DNA of 56,581 nt from Cyanophora paradoxa CCMP329 (GCA_004431415.1 QPMI01000465.1:1-56581); one strand, 5' to 3'; numbered from the stretch's first letter, positions 1-13,769 are shown. The notes: generated by a model from the letters alone, not told the origin. Translations and numbers: made by a program.

Positions 1-800
1 AGTCAAGAAGAAACGTGTACCAGCTCCGAATGAAGTTGCCCTTATGACTAAGCGGACCATGCTCTGGCCTGACAGAAGGGGGCTCGCCTGCTCAAGCAAA
101 CGAATCAGCATCGGCTTAGAATGTTCAAAAGTCAATGCACGTCTTCTATAGGTTTGGCGCTTCTTTCGTTTGTGTGTCTTGGAGTTGCTCTGTGCAGGTA
201 AAGCCTCGGTGTCACTCTGCCCAGGCTCGAGCTCGGTGTCGCTCTGTGCATGCCCACTCTCTGCATGCCCAGCCATGTCCTGCACAGCCCCACGGAGATC
301 CACATCTGGGCAATGCTCTCAGTGCATGCACATGCAGACATGCAGGCCAAAAGAACATGCAGTCCTCACCAGGTCTTTTACTTTTTACCTCATCCCAGCA
401 GTCATACAAGGACAATTGCCGTGCCTTGCGATACGTGCAGTTCTGAAGAAACGTGTACCAGCTCCGAATGAAGTTGCCCTTATGACGAAGTGCACCTTCG
501 GTTGGCCTGACATGAGGAGGCTCGACACGTTCTGATCAAGCAAACGAGTAAGCACCTGGCTTAGAAAGAGCGCAAGTCAATGCACGTTTCAAAGAGATCT
601 TACCCCTTTTGCGTTTGTGTGCATTGACCTTGCTCCGTGCAGATGCAGTCTCAGTGCCACTCTGCGTGGGTGCACCCTCGAGCTCGGTGTTGCTCTGTAC
701 AGGCGCAGCCTGAGTGTCATGCTCGCTCTTGCGCCTGCTCTTGGGATCGATGTCGGTTTCACTCTGTGCAGATGCAGCCTTGGATTCTCGCTTGCACTTG
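1..800. repeat. Degenerate tandem duplication (~440-bp period), probably within a minus-strand host gene
   Basis: gaagaaacgtgtaccagctccgaatgaagttgcccttatgac occurs at ~7 and ~446; similarity continues through ctctgtgca-rich sub-repeats. The minus strand reads VIRATSFGAGTRFF twice. Confidence 0.6.
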
Positions 801-1373
801 CGGTTGCTCTTGGGATTGAGCTCTTCGCCTGGCCTGCCAAATCAGTGCGTTTCCTAAGATTGCATGTCTTAAAAAGGGAGTCTCGCCCTCAAGAACGCAT
901 CCGGGCGCCTGTTTGCGCCCTTTTTCTAGTGCTGTAGGTAACACAAACGGGAGCCGCTGAGAAATTTGATAGAGACACGCACGAGAACCCGCAGCGTCCA
1001 GTTGAGAATGTGTTGCTCGTACAAAAGGTGGCTGAGGCTGCACTAGCACGGCTGGGCGTTCCTGTAGCGCTCGCCGCTCCTTGGGCGTTGGAACTGCTTC
1101 GATGACGCCGGGCGCCGGCGCGAGCTGCTGCAGTTGCTCCCATTCTTCGATCAAGCGCTCAAACATTCGCGCCTGAGCATTACCCGCCAGCTGACGAAGC
1201 GCTTGGATAAGCTGTGGCGCTAACTGCTTGTACTGCGGCAGCGTGCCTCGCTGCAGTTCGAGCTTGTGCCTCGCGACTGTAGGGTGGTCGAGCGCACATT
1301 GCAGAGTTGTGCGAATCCGTTGTTCGACTGTTGCATTCTCCGCACTGTGTGTGCTCTGCGCACCGCAAATCAA
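759..1373 (-). CDS. Host hypothetical protein exon(s)
   Basis: 204-aa ORF with a helical-looking segment (LAPQLIQALRQLAGNAQARMFERLIEEWEQLQQL); no recognisable family. Confidence 0.3.
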   Translation of the reverse strand: MICGAQSTHSAENATVEQRIRTTLQCALDHPTVARHKLELQRGTLPQYKQLAPQLIQALRQLAGNAQARMFERLIEEWEQLQQLAPAPGVIEAVPTPKERRALQERPAVLVQPQPPFVRATHSQLDAAGSRACLYQISQRLPFVLPTALEKGRKQAPGCVLEGETPFLRHAILGNALIWQARRRAQSQEQPQVQARIQGCICTE

Positions 1374-4300
1374 CTAGTGCTCGAGCCCGTTCGCGCTCGC
1401 CCGCACGCGCACTGCATGTCTACGCATCCGCTCGCTCGCACTGGAGTTGGAGTGCGCGCGTGCGCGACGTCAACGTTGAACTTCGAAATCGAGCGGGCTC
1501 GAATTCGAGTACCCAGAATTCCCGCCAGCGGTTCCAGCAGCCAGCAGCCAGTTCCAGCAGAATGTACGAAGACGAACTCAAGCGCTGGCAGGGTACTCAC
1601 CGGCGCCGCATATGTCGCCGCGCCGCGGCGCGCATCGATATCGCCTCAGGGCCTATCGCCTATCGATACACCCACGCGCGCAGGCCCGCTCTTAACAGTC
1701 TTGGATAAAGCTTTTCGATGTCGATGCAAGCCTGATCGCTCAGATCATGAACCTACAGCTACAGCGGTCGAAGCGCTAGCAGCCTCTCGTTTGGCGAGGC
1801 AGAGGCTGCTGGCCGCGCCTTCTGAACTTGCATCGACTTCAGCATTCACAAATATGCTTGCTACGGTTCTGCGGTGCGTGTGAGCACCAGCAGCATCCGT
1901 GCATACTAACTGAGTAGCAGGGTGATGTTCACATCGGAAGGCACAGATGCAGCTTCAGATGATCCGTGCATGCAAGCTTATCTTCTACTTCTCTCCTTCG
2001 CGAAGCTTCGAGGATCCCATACAGCCTTGAAAGCTTTTGAGTATGCGCTGCTTCGCTGTTTCGCGCAATTGCAGAATTCAGAATTGATGAATTCGTTTTC
2101 GTTCAGAGCATGCTGTGAACTCCCTGGTAGCGAGTTGAGCGAGTTCAATGACATTCTAGACGTTCGGCAGACATTGAAGACTGTTGAGAGGGAACGTTCC
2201 GAAACAGCCATGCAGCAATTGTGGGGCCAGCTGATATCAGGTCTCCGCCAGCATCGCGCAAGCTGGGGTGAGACACTCTGGAGAAAGTACACTGATGCAT
2301 CCAGCTATGATTTGGCTGGTGCATGGGGGTCTTCCATGAGCTCTGTGCACACCCGAGCACAAGCCATCACACATTCCGCAAGGTAATTATAATTTAAACT
2401 CGAATCATTCATGCAAATTTGATCTCAAATCGATATTATAGGTTCTTCTTACGGGCCCTGTCAAGTCCGATTGGATTGTCCTACACAGGACATGACAACA
2501 CGTCTCCCACACACGTACAATCCAAATACAGCACACAGGATTTGCCCTCTGTAGGTGTGCGGTGTCGTTTGCATTGTCCTCCGTCATCGACGTCTTTTCA
2601 GGAGAGATTCTGAAAGAGCGGGAGGGCATTGACTTGAGACTTGGCATCCTCGCGCCGGGCTATACGTTCTGTACAATTACTAACAGTGGAAGCACATCTG
2701 ATCTCGAATCGACCATTGCTGAAATCGCGAACTTCGTGCATTTTTCTGGAGCGGTTCCTTGTAAATATGTTAAATATGCTCATACTTTATTTCGACAGAC
2801 TGCCAGCAAGTGTGGAATGTTGAAGTGTGCGATGGGGGCTTATGTGTGGACGGAAGGTTCATGGGGAACATCAAGAGGTGCTCTTGGGACTAATGTTGCA
2901 AACAACAAGCGAAATCCTATTTCTTCGAGCTCATTCCGAGGAAGGTACATGGAAACAAGAGATGTGGTTATCAAACACTCACATGCACGGATATTTAATC
3001 ACAGAGAAAAGCATGTGGTCATTCCTTGTGTCTATAAGTCCATTCCCCCAAGCGAGCAAGTGATGGGATGCAAAATAGTGCACAGGGCCATCGACGACAT
3101 CAGATTGGTGTGTTGTTTCCTGAGCTGTCAAAATTCCGCCGCCTAAGCGAGCAAACTACTCTTGGCAAGAACATCATACGCCGTCGGGAGAGTGGGTCGA
3201 ACCTGTCAAGCGAAACGCTAGAGAGGACGCACCCATTTGCGACCTGCCCATTAAGGTGCATTCTAATTAACTTGAATTTAGCTCACTTGGCGAGCATTTT
3301 ATTGTTTGACAGGTTATTGTCTGCGAAGTGGTCTTAATGGACCCGTGGAAGGATCCGCTGGCTATCTTTGGAGTATCTATTCTGCTGTCAGACCTTTGTG
3401 TGGAATTCGGTATTGCCTTAGTTTTCGATGAAGCATAACAAAGTGCGTGCTTTATGTTGCTCTGAGATCAGAAGCTTTCGAACTATTGTCGCTGTGTGCA
3501 GATTCATACCGAACAGCAAAATCATTCTTCGCTTTCAACAATATGTGCATGCTGCTCATGCTCGAAGAGAGAAGAGTTCTTACGCATGGCATACTAACCG
3601 GGAAGGTATTACCCATCATTTCTCCTGGTCATTGAGCCTCATTATTTGAATTTTAATGATTCCCTCTATATGGATAACGCTTTGTACCCATCACGAAGGT
3701 GAAAGAGATGCCTAACAAAGAGGACCCATGGAAAGCTGTGTATGGCCACAGGTGGTCTGCACACGTTCTCGAACAGAGATTTAAAGGTGCAAATGCCTCA
3801 TAATTCCAAGGTGCAAATGTTTCGGAGTATGCTGATCTCTTTATGGCCAGAATTTGTTACAGTGCAGCCGTATCGCCTCTCCCTGATACATACGTCGTGT
3901 TTTCTGGAAGACTGTATGTACATGTTGGCTTCGAATTCTAGCTAAAAATTTCGAATTCGATTCTACTAGCTTACGTATACGTTCCGCAGTTTGTGAACTG
4001 AAGGAAACTAATCCTTGCTTCGAAGAAACCTTTCAAGAGCAATCAGACGCAATCTTTGACACACTGGACGATTTTCTGGAACGGCTTCGCCATTTTCAAA
4101 GTCATGAACCCACTGCAAAGCGTTTTCGTGGATCCCAAGGTCAGGAGGCCTTTAATGATCCGCATGAATATCAAGATGAGAAAGACCGTGAAACGAGAAG
4201 ACCATGTCATCACCCGTGCTGGTGAGACTATCAGCTCGAGCACATCTATGTGAGCACATCCATCTGAGTTGCACGCAGGATTTCTTTCGCAATTCCTCCC

Positions 4301-4401
4301 TCATGGCGGCGAATATGCCAGAACTGGTGACCACAAGGGTGACACCTGAAGGAACCCCATCCTTCCATCGCTGGCATCTTCCGGCCGACTTCAACGTCAA
4401 G

Positions 4402-5370
4402 CTACTCACCAAGGCTCTTTTTAGTACTAGATCTAGTACTTGTGATAACAAGCATGTCAGCTGCATTATCTGCAACTACACTAAGATTGCAGGCGTTACA
4501 GTATTGACTTTGCCAAGAAGTTGAGGGGCGGCCACGCTTCCGTTTTGGGCTGCAAGAGTCCTTGCCCGCTGCCTCAACTATGTCTGCATTGCTCTTGTCT
4601 GCATGTCTGCAACTATGTGAGAAGCCGTGGCGTGGCGTTGCTCTCCTCACACTTCGGCACATGAAGGTGCCCGATCGGACCCGCACAACTCCCAGGCACT
4701 TCTTGTGGTATGAAAGGGGGCAGCCATCACAGAGGACGAGAGCCCCGTCATGGCCGCAGAGGTCGCACACGACGTTGTTCACGAGGCCTGCAGGCAGCCC
4801 CTTTATCTGCAGTGGGTTTGTCAGGTTCTTGTGCACGCTTTTCTGCTGCGCCCGCGAGCGCGCCGGTTACCTCCCCAGTGGCGTGTTTGTCAGCCTCCTC
4901 GAGGGCCTGGGCGGATAGTGAGTTCGTGAACACCACAGCAAGGAGAAAAACGCGTGCCCTTCTCAGCTCCTCAGCAGCACGTAGTCACTTCTGCTTCAGG
5001 AGCTGTTCAGCACATCTCGGAGCGCCTTCGCCATGTGCTTCTCGTTGTCTGTTGCTCCCACGAAGGGGACCACGTTCCCAGGCCTGCAGCTGCCGAGCGG
5101 GGGATCGCCCTTCCCCTTTCCACCGTAGCCAAGCCAGATGACAGTGATGGGCTTGCCTGGCCTGCTGTCCGCAACAAACGCTGGCCACATCCTGCGATAG
5201 AATCGAAGTTCAGCTTGCGCAGACAGAAGATAAGACTAGTCGGCAAATCTAGACGCACGGGTCATCCTCAGGCTCCCTTGCCCATACCACCGACCCATAC
5301 TCCGGAGGCTCATGGTGCGGCATAACTATTCTAGAACGTGATCTCCGGAGTCTGCTGACGACGGTACAAT
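4402..5370 (-). CDS. PHD-finger protein, copy 1 (frameshifted/spliced)
   Basis: CDLCGHDGALVLCDGCPLSYHKKCLG...TFMC is a C4HC3 PHD pattern, followed by AT-hook-like KRKRGRPS. Confidence 0.65.
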
Positions 5371-5928
5371 GGCTTTATCGATCTCTTCTGTGGCGTTGAG
5401 GGGCGCTCGCCTCGCTTGCATCTATTTTTGCTCCCGCGTCTGCACCCGCCCCGGCGCTCCGCCCTGTCTGCATCCGACCCGGCACCCTGATCAAGCCGCC
5501 CCGTGCAGCCACGTCTGCTGCCCCGGCCGCGGCTATTCTCTGGCTCGCCAGCTGCAGGGCTGATGAGGAGGAGGCTGCAGGGCTGCAGGTGCCGCAGCTG
5601 CCTCAGCCACAGTCGCCTTGGATGCCAGTCGGAAGTGATTGTGTTGAAATCACGTCTGCAGATTTGAGGATCTCCTGCGCGTCCACCAGCCCAGAGTGAG
5701 AGCGGGGCCCCGCGGGGTGGAGCGCGAGCGCCTCAGGGCCGGAAGTGTGCTAGCCTTTAATGCAAGGTTGCAGTTAAGGTACTGGTCCCGCGCAGGTCGT
5801 CCTGGCACCCGTACGCCAACGAGTCGACCCTGCCGCGGCCAAGCTTTATGAGCGTGCAACAAGTGAGGTGTGCCCACAAGCCGGACGAACTTGATGAAAG
5901 ATCGGCTGAGGACAGGTTGCGTATCGAT

Positions 5929-7050
5929 TTAAAGAAGAACTGGAAAGCTCTGAAATCGTCTTAGCATAGTCTTAGTATGAATTTTGTGACGCAGTCCCCA
6001 GGCGCACTTTGTGGCAATAAAGCTGCGGCTCTCTTCGTCCGACAGCTTCACATGCTCCTCGATTGCAACCTGCACGGGGCCGGGCGCACAGTTAAAGGGA
6101 GGGTCGGGAGGGCGGACGGGAAGGTGGACGAGCCTTGAGGGCGGCGTCGAGGTGGAAAACCCGAGGCGACGAGCTTTCCCCCACTTCGAGCTCAAAAGTG
6201 CCCTTTTGGAGCGCTTCCGCGGCATTCTCAAATCAGAGGCCTCGTCCACTGTGACAAGAAGCCCTGCCGTGGCGTTGCTCTCCTCACACGTCGGGCATAT
6301 GAAGGTGTCCGGCTCCGGAGATTCGCCCAGGCACTTTTGTGGTATGACAGGGGCAGCTTTTGCATTGGACCAGAGTCCGTCGATACCGCATTTAGTGCAC
6401 CACACGTTGTTCACAAGCCTGCAGGCAGCCCCTTTATCTGCAGTGGGGTTTGTCAGGTTCTTGTGCACGCTTTTCTGCTGCGCCCCGAGCGCCCGGTTAC
6501 CTCCCAGTGGCGTGTTTGTCAGCCTCTCGAGGCCTGGCGGATAGTGAGTTCGTGAACACCACAGCAAGGAGAAAAATGCGTGCCCTTCTCAGCTCCTCAG
6601 CAGCACGTAGTCGCTCTGCTTCAGGAGCTGTTCAGCAGCATCTCGGAGCGCCTTCGCCATGTGCTTCTCGTTGTCTGTTGCTCCCACGAAGGGACCACGT
6701 TCCCAGGCCGCAGAACGCCGTCATCGGTTGCCCTCCTTCCTCTTGCCGCCGTGGCCAAACCAGATGACAGTGATGGGCTTGCCTGGCCTGATGTCTGCAA
6801 CAAACGCTGGCCACAACCTGCGATAGAATCGAAGCTCAGTTTGCGCAGACAGAAGATAAGACTAGTCGGCAAATCTAGACGCACGGGTCATCATCAACAT
6901 CCCTTGCCCATACAACCGACCCATACTCGGAGGCTCATGGTGCGGCATAACTATTCTAGAACGTGATCTCCGGAGTCTGCTGACGACGGTACAATGGCTT
7001 TATCGATCTCTTCTGCTGCGGAAGATGCACATGTGGCTGTTGAGGGGCGC
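5929..7050 (-). CDS. PHD-finger protein, copy 2 (frameshifted/spliced)
   Basis: CTKCGIDG...KCLGESPEPDTFICPTC; DNA 6258-7050 is a close paralog of 4620-5406. Confidence 0.55.
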
Positions 7051-7969
7051 CCGGACTCCGCTGACGACGGGACAACCCGGACAAGGGCCGGGCTCCGCAT
7101 GCTTCGCGTGCTCACGTGCACGCCTTGCATCGATATCACAACTAGCAAATTGCAAGGAGGGTCCCAGCTGGCCGAAAGGTGTCACCGCGACGTGCAAGTC
7201 TAGATCTGGCTGGCCCTTGATCCACCCGGAACCGCTGCGCGCATGTCACGCTGCTGGTGTAAACTGAAAGCTGCCGGCACATCGAGGCGCGATCTGGACA
7301 GCAACGTTAACGATTACGTGTCGGGATAGATCTAGAAGCCAATTGCAGAAAAAACGTTTCGGCGTAGCGGTTAGCGCCCGGCCACTAGTACTGCTCATGC
7401 AGCTGGGCCGGTAATTCACCAAATTAAAAACAAAAGAGCGCCCAGCTATAGCTAGCTATAGCGCTAGGCGCATAATAGCGCTAGCGCTAGTGCTAGCTCC
7501 CAGCACGCAGCGAAGGCGGAACGCTCAGCAAAGCTTGAATTAAGCGAACACGGGTATTAAGCAATCTTTGCAGAAAGTTAGCCGGAGTGGCATGGGCACT
7601 GCTAGCAACTGCCGGCTGTTTGGCAGTGTTGGCAGCTGCAGTCCTTAAGCTTTGCAGTCTCGCTGAATGCATTTACAATCCATTCATCTACAATCCATTA
7701 TGCCGCATCTATGTATACAATCCATTCATTGATCTCTCATCCTCTTCCGGCCCTTCCCCTTCCCTTTGCCACCCTGCTTGCGTTGGGTTGCACCACTTGT
7801 GCTTTGAGCAGGCACCACCGTGGGCTCGGGCTGAACTTGAACAGGCAGCTGTGTGCCAAGCCATTTGTGCATCTGCACAACTGGCACGAAGCGTTGATTG
7901 AATGTCTCGATGCTGGATTGCAATGTCATGATCAGCAGAATAGCATCAATGATGGAATCTTTGAAAAAG

Positions 7970-9215
7970 ACTACATGCCCAGTTGCACGAGCTGCTTCTC
8001 GAAATAGGCTGTCTTTTGAAAATCGTCTGGACGTGACGATGTGACCAATCTCCACTTGTCGACCTGAAGACCTGCCTCATCTGCAGCATCCTTGATCGCT
8101 GAGATCGTCCTGAAGCCACAGTGACACATTCTGCTCCATACATCTTTTTCTTGCTTGACGAGAGAAGAGCCAGCATACTTGGCTGCTGATAACGAGAGAA
8201 TAGTGCTTCAGATGGATCCAGTAACTCCAATTGCCGTGTGATGTTTCGAAGAGAGCATTTGACTTCGCCCACCTAGATTTTAGCGTAACTAAAGATCCGA
8301 TCCAATGAGGATGACGATAAGTGCGCTCACTGCCATACTTGTTTATGAGCTGATGCGCCTCGGGTTGCATAGAAATCATTCTGCTGGAAAAAAGTTCATT
8401 TGCAGAATTTCCCCAATTTCGACGAACTTTGTCGTGCTGTCGTTACATGATCATTATAAGCAAGCGGTATGACAAGCAAAGGATGCTTACACGATTCTTG
8501 CACACAGCCGGTACGTGACTGGATCATCCGAAGCAGCGCCCTGTTTCTGATGAATAACTGTGATTTGCGTCTCGACATTTGATTCACTGTATACGTAGTT
8601 TTCGTCAGAGATTTTTGACGTTTGCTTTCACCTTGCAAGCTGTACCAGGCATTGTGTATGATAAGGACTTGGGGCTGGATGCATGATTTGACTTGATTTG
8701 TCTTGCATGACTTACACACAAGTCCAGTCTCAATATCCATTTCGTCTCCACTGTGTTGACAATTCACGATTTCTTGAGTACCTTGTTTGCTTCTGTCTGG
8801 TCGTGTGCAGCGAAGCCATAATATGAGCCAGAGTAGGGAATATTCGGATCCACTTCTCCATCCATTTCGGCAGTGTCTGTGTGGGGCCGCCGATCGAATA
8901 CCAGAAAGGCATTGGGCTGCGTGAACTGTCAGCACAAGTCAGAACAAAGAATATTAATGATCCGTCAACTTACCAACCCATCAATTGAGCTCGCAACTTC
9001 CTGATGAAATGTCACTTCTAAGTTCGAGCTCGGAGTACAGAAGCTCTGTTGAATAATTTTACCGCTTCTGCCAAAGTTGTTTGAAGTTGATCTCTGAAAA
9101 CCTGGCCAAAATCCGCGAAGGCCAATGGCGGTCCAGACACTTGACGGATCGCGCATTAGATTCACATTTGCATGACTGTGATGGCTGCAGAATGCTCTCA
9201 CCAACCATAAGAGTA
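7970..9215 (-). pseudogene. 3' part of the host gene interrupted by the retrotransposon (possible degenerate USP/peptidase C19-like region)
   Basis: Frame TLMVGESILQPSQSCKCE joins in frame to ...CISCNQEDGTGV at 42524 once the insertion is removed. CKSCKT...PQVLIIH and PVTYRLCARI weakly resemble USP motifs. Confidence 0.4.
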
Positions 9216-9216
9216 G

Positions 9217-9277
9217 TTCGGACAGCGCTCATTTCGTATATTGCAATTGAGGTACTACTTGTACAATTGCCATGAAG
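9217..9277. repeat. Split direct repeat B (3'-terminal copy)
   Basis: ttcggacagcgctcatttcg...caattgccatgaag is identical to 13004-13064. Confidence 0.92.
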
Positions 9278-9779
9278 TGAAGGTTTCCTGATAGCAGGCG
9301 AACACACTTGCACACAACAATGGCAGCAAAGATTTGGATTTCCTAGCAGCTAGTTTACAATTCATTCGGTTACGAATGATTGTGTGTATAAATGGTTGAA
9401 GAGAATATTGAGGAAAAGAAGAGTACTAAAGGATCTAGAGACTACAAATGATTAGCTATGAATGCAGAAAGTCTGCAGCTACTCTATATCTAAATCTACA
9501 GTATGAATGCGCTCATGCATCATATGCATGACAGACATAAGAGAATCATGCTCATGCAGCTGTAAGCAAATGAATGGGAATATGAATCTGCATATGAATA
9601 ATAAAAGAAGGGTAAGCGGGCAGCCTCCGCCATGCGGCACGTCCGCAGTGGCGGCAAGGGTGCCCGCGCCCCAAAGACAAAGACAACGCCGGAATCAAGC
9701 AGAAGGCGAAGATGACGGCGAAGGCAAGGGAGTCGGGATGTTCCCGGCGAGAACCATGGCGCTGGTGAGACCGGGCCGC

Positions 9780-10720
9780 GCCGAACCCTGAATGTAGCGG
9801 CGATAGACCTGAGAATCCGGATGCCAACGTCGAAGGCGCGAATGACGTCGTCGGGAACACCAGCAGCTGCAAGAGCACAGGCCCCACCGCGGCGCAGGCT
9901 GTGCGTGGCGAAACCAGATTTGTCAATACCAGCGAGGTTGAGAAGCTGCTGAAGTGCGAAGCCGACAGACGCCGGAGAAAGGGCGACACTAGGATTGCGA
10001 AGCTGTCCAATACGACATCCACAGTAGGAGGCAGAGTGGCTATATAAACACGAAGACGAAAAACAGGACATAACACGTTGCCTGGCAGAGCCGAAATAAA
10101 AAGCTCGTGACCAATCCGAGTCTGATCTGTTTAGAGCGAGGGACGCGGAGGACCATGCCATCTGGGCGGAAAGATAAATGAGACCGCCGAATTTGCACAA
10201 TCTCAGAGCGACGGAGGAGGCCAAAGAAACCGACGGTGATCATAGCAATAGAGCGACGATGGGTCTGTGATGGAACACGATCGGAAGCTACCGCTAGCCG
10301 GCGAATATGTTCGACCGAAAGGACGGCGCTGGGCGAGTGGGGCCATCGCCTAGGACTCGGCGCAAGCCCGTGAGGACGTGCTGAATAAGCACTGAGCTGA
10401 AAACTGAGGTATCAAAGCGCAAGGTCTCACACTCATTACGAACTGCAGAAAAAGCTACATTTATAGTTGAGAAGACGTAGTCATCGTCAGCAATATCGCA
10501 CAAAAAACCGGCTAGAACCTCAGCATCGACGGGAAAAGGTAGAACACCCAGCTGAATGCAGAACTGCCGAAAACGGCCAACCCACATTGCATATGCATCT
10601 CGCGTGGATGAGGCAAGATGCTGGTTTGCGTAGAACGTAATGCGAGCACAGATGTGGGCCCAACGAGCTGCATCCACTGCAGGTATGGTTAGAAGCATGA
10701 GGGTGTGCGCTCGATTGCAT
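9780..10720 (-). CDS. Tyrosine recombinase of the retrotransposon (frameshifted)
   Basis: N-terminal SSTRDAY...FRQFC...LAGFL; catalytic FFGLLRRSE, LRVPRSK, HSLRRGGA and, in the shifted frame, RWHPDSQVYRRY. Confidence 0.88.
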
Positions 10721-10768
10721 TTATAATTATTTGACACTAGTTTGCAATTGGGTGCAGCTAAAACTGAA

Positions 10769-12720
10769 CTAGAAAAGCGAGGAGCAGCCACTCAGGAAGA
10801 GCAGCACGAGTTGGACCGAAAAGGCATACTGTGTGACCCCGACCAAGATGCAGAGGGGCTCCACAGCTGCAGCCTGCAAGATAGGCCACCATGGCTGTGA
10901 GGGCCATTCGGGTACTACAACAATCATCCGAGCTCGACAAGCTTGAGCATGACGAACCACCCGCAGTAGGACTGCAGGGTCGGGAAAACATAATTAAAAT
11001 CACGAGACCAATCAACAGTGAAGCAGTCTACTGCCTCTGCAAGGCGGTCAAAAGGATCAATGCTATTATAGCGAGGGACACGTGCAGAGGAAGCTAATGC
11101 CATTCGATCGACATCAGGCAAGCCATATCTGTTAACAATGCGACGGAAAACAGCATCGGAAAGCTGATAGTCAGCAGGGGCAAACCAGCGACTAAGATAA
11201 TCGGCGAAATTATTGGTTTCTCCAGGTATCCACTCAGCATCCATGAAGGCACAATTTTGCAAGGCGAAATTCCAAATTTCCTTGGCGATTAATGTAAGCT
11301 CGGGGCTACGACCGCCACCATTAAGAATGTACTGCACTGCATTTGTGTTATCTGAGCGAACTAGTAAATTAACGTGCTGCAGTAAGGACTGAAATGATGC
11401 AGAGCACGAATAATGGCGGTCATCTCACGCCATGCAGGCGTCTGGGCCGACTCTGCAGGAGTCCACTGTTGTTGGAATGAGAGATCGCCAACCTCGGTGG
11501 TGACAAAACCACCAAGACCGATCTTGCTGGCATCCGTCGTAACAACGAAAATTCGCTCTGGCCGGATGGCACACGCCCATTATAGCGGGCGAGATTTGCA
11601 TGCCACCACAGAAGCTCCTCCTGGGCCTCCGCGATACCACGCCGGGGCATTCCACCGAAATTGTCGCTGGGTAATATCAATGTTGCGATAAATGGATCGA
11701 GTATGAATGCGAGCGGGTGCAATAGCTAAGGCCATTGACATAAGCACACCGACAATCGAAGCGAGTGTACGAGCTGACATCTGAAATTGCACGCCTCTAG
11801 CCTGGCACGACTGGATGCGCTTAGCTGCGTCCTTTAGCCGGTCCTGAAGCTTACTAAGCTTCTGCAGAGGACCTCAAACATCATAGATGTGGAATCTACA
11901 ATAAACCCTAAAAATTCGACACGCTGTGCAGGCTCAAGGGCCGATTTCTCATTAATGAATAAGTGCAGGTGGCGAAAAAGATCGAGAATGAAATTGCGAA
12001 GATTAACAGCGGCCTGGTACGTGGGAGCCGCAAACCAGAAATCATCTACATACGATACCACGGTAATACCGTGTGCGCGGAGAAATTTAATGACCTGACG
12101 TATGATCTTGGTGAATGCATATGGGGCATGTGAGAGCCCGAAGGGTAAAACGGTGTATTCGAAGAAAGTACTATCGTACTGGAAGCCCAGGTACGAGAAA
12201 TATTGCGGGTCTACCGGTACATGATGATATCCCGACTCGAGGTCGATAGTAAACATAAACCAGCCAGGTCGCAGCAAGGCGATGACCTCGCGCATATTTT
12301 CATAGCGAAAAGGGACAGGAGGAAGACCTCGATTTGTTGGGCGGCCATCCCAAATCAGTCTGAGCTTATCACCAGTCTTCTTTGGAACCGTAAATAGCGA
12401 GCAAACAATTTTCGGGGCTTGGGGCCACCCGAATAGCGCCGGTACCGAGCAGCTTCTGAATTTCTGCCCGAATGAAAGTACTCTCACGAGGGCGCTGAGA
12501 TTGACCAGCATTGTAATGTACACTAGGAGGCATATGCTCGACGCCAGCAAGAGGGTAGCCGTTCTGAAGCCATGAAAGGATGTAATCACTTGTTCCGATT
12601 GCACGCCATGCGCCAAGGCATCCGCACTTCCGAGACAGCGAGCAGTAAAACCTGACAGAAAAAACAACAGCACTCAATTAATAGTGCACGAGAATGCAGG
12701 CTCGAGGCCGCACGCAAGGG
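10769..12720 (-). CDS. Pol: reverse transcriptase, RNase H and Dam-like methyltransferase (MT) domain (frameshifted)
   Basis: RT: LRLIWDGR, IDLESGYHHV, LPFGLSHAPYAFTK, YVDD, FLGF. RNase H: TTDAS, RSDN, WIPGETNNFADYLSR. MT: VDRMA...VDCFTVDW...VVPEWPSQPWWP. Confidence 0.92.
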
Positions 12721-12773
12721 GAGGGAATTATATAGACAGCAGAACAGCATCCATATATTTAGGGAGGGTTGGG

Positions 12774-13064
12774 TGGGAGCAAGAAGCGAAGCTGCTATCA
12801 AGCAACTCTGAAGAGAAGCTGCAGCAGCTGCAGCGATAGCTCACTGCTGCAGCTCTTAGGAAGCTCGTAGGACTTGTTGCAGGTGCAACAAGTACCCAAG
12901 AAGTACTTGTTGCGAAGCAACAAAGAGTGCGAAATTTATGTAACAATATACATTATTCACGCTGTCCGAAGTACGTTATACTACGTTCCTCGTATAACAA
13001 CTATTCGGACAGCGCTCATTTCGTATATTGCAATTGAGGTACTACTTGTACAATTGCCATGAAG
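12774..13064. repeat. Internal junction of split direct repeats (A 12774-13003 + B 13004-13064)
   Basis: Exact copies of both element termini joined end to end. Confidence 0.92.
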
Positions 13065-13763
13065 AGCAAAAGAGCGAAGGCCGAGAGCCTGCAGACGAGT
13101 GCAAGGCCTCTAACGGCACACAGAAGCACACATATATGTAAAATGCGTATGTATAATGCCATCGATGCGTTCGGTCGCCAGTCAGTGCAAGGAGCGATTT
13201 ATGGGGGAGGCGTGCCTGAACTCCAGATGCTTGAACTGCGCAAGGGAAAGAAAAATGGCGACCGAATCTCCATCTCCGGCGAGGGAGTATGCACTAGTGC
13301 CGTGCACTGAAAAGAAATACAGCAACAGATGCCACGCGAGGGCAGAGCTGTCCTGACAATTTGCAATCAATAAATGTCGATGTAAGTGCACGCCATAGGC
13401 GATTTTCAAAGCAAAAACAAGACATGCAGATGCCACAAAGGCAGAGCTGCGACATGTATGAATATGTACGCCATAAAAAGGCGATTTCGCGAATTGCATC
13501 CATGCATATGCACGCCAGTGGCGATTTTGGGGCATCAAGAAATTGCAGCGATTTTCGAATCCATCATCAATTACTCACAAGAAAACACAAGTACGTTCAC
13601 AGGTTCTGCTATCAAGATATGCTCTCATGCGTCAAAACACTGCTCGTACATAAGTAGCGAAAAACTCATGAATATCGATATTCTGATGGATCGATGTGAA
13701 AAGAAATAAATTTACGAGTTTGGAGTCGGCAGAGGAGTCGGGCGAGTGCCAGGAGGCAGTTCT

Positions 13764-13769
13764 GGCAAG
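13764..13769. other. Target-site duplication GGCAAG (left)
   Basis: The same hexamer flanks the right TIR at 41286-41291. Confidence 0.92.

Noticed and set aside
1922-4400. Possible transposase or other genes in the left flank
   Set aside because: Short ORFs on both strands with no motif I can recognise.
7350-7520. Palindromic gctagc-rich tract as an element terminus
   Set aside because: Low complexity; no partner end or TSD found.
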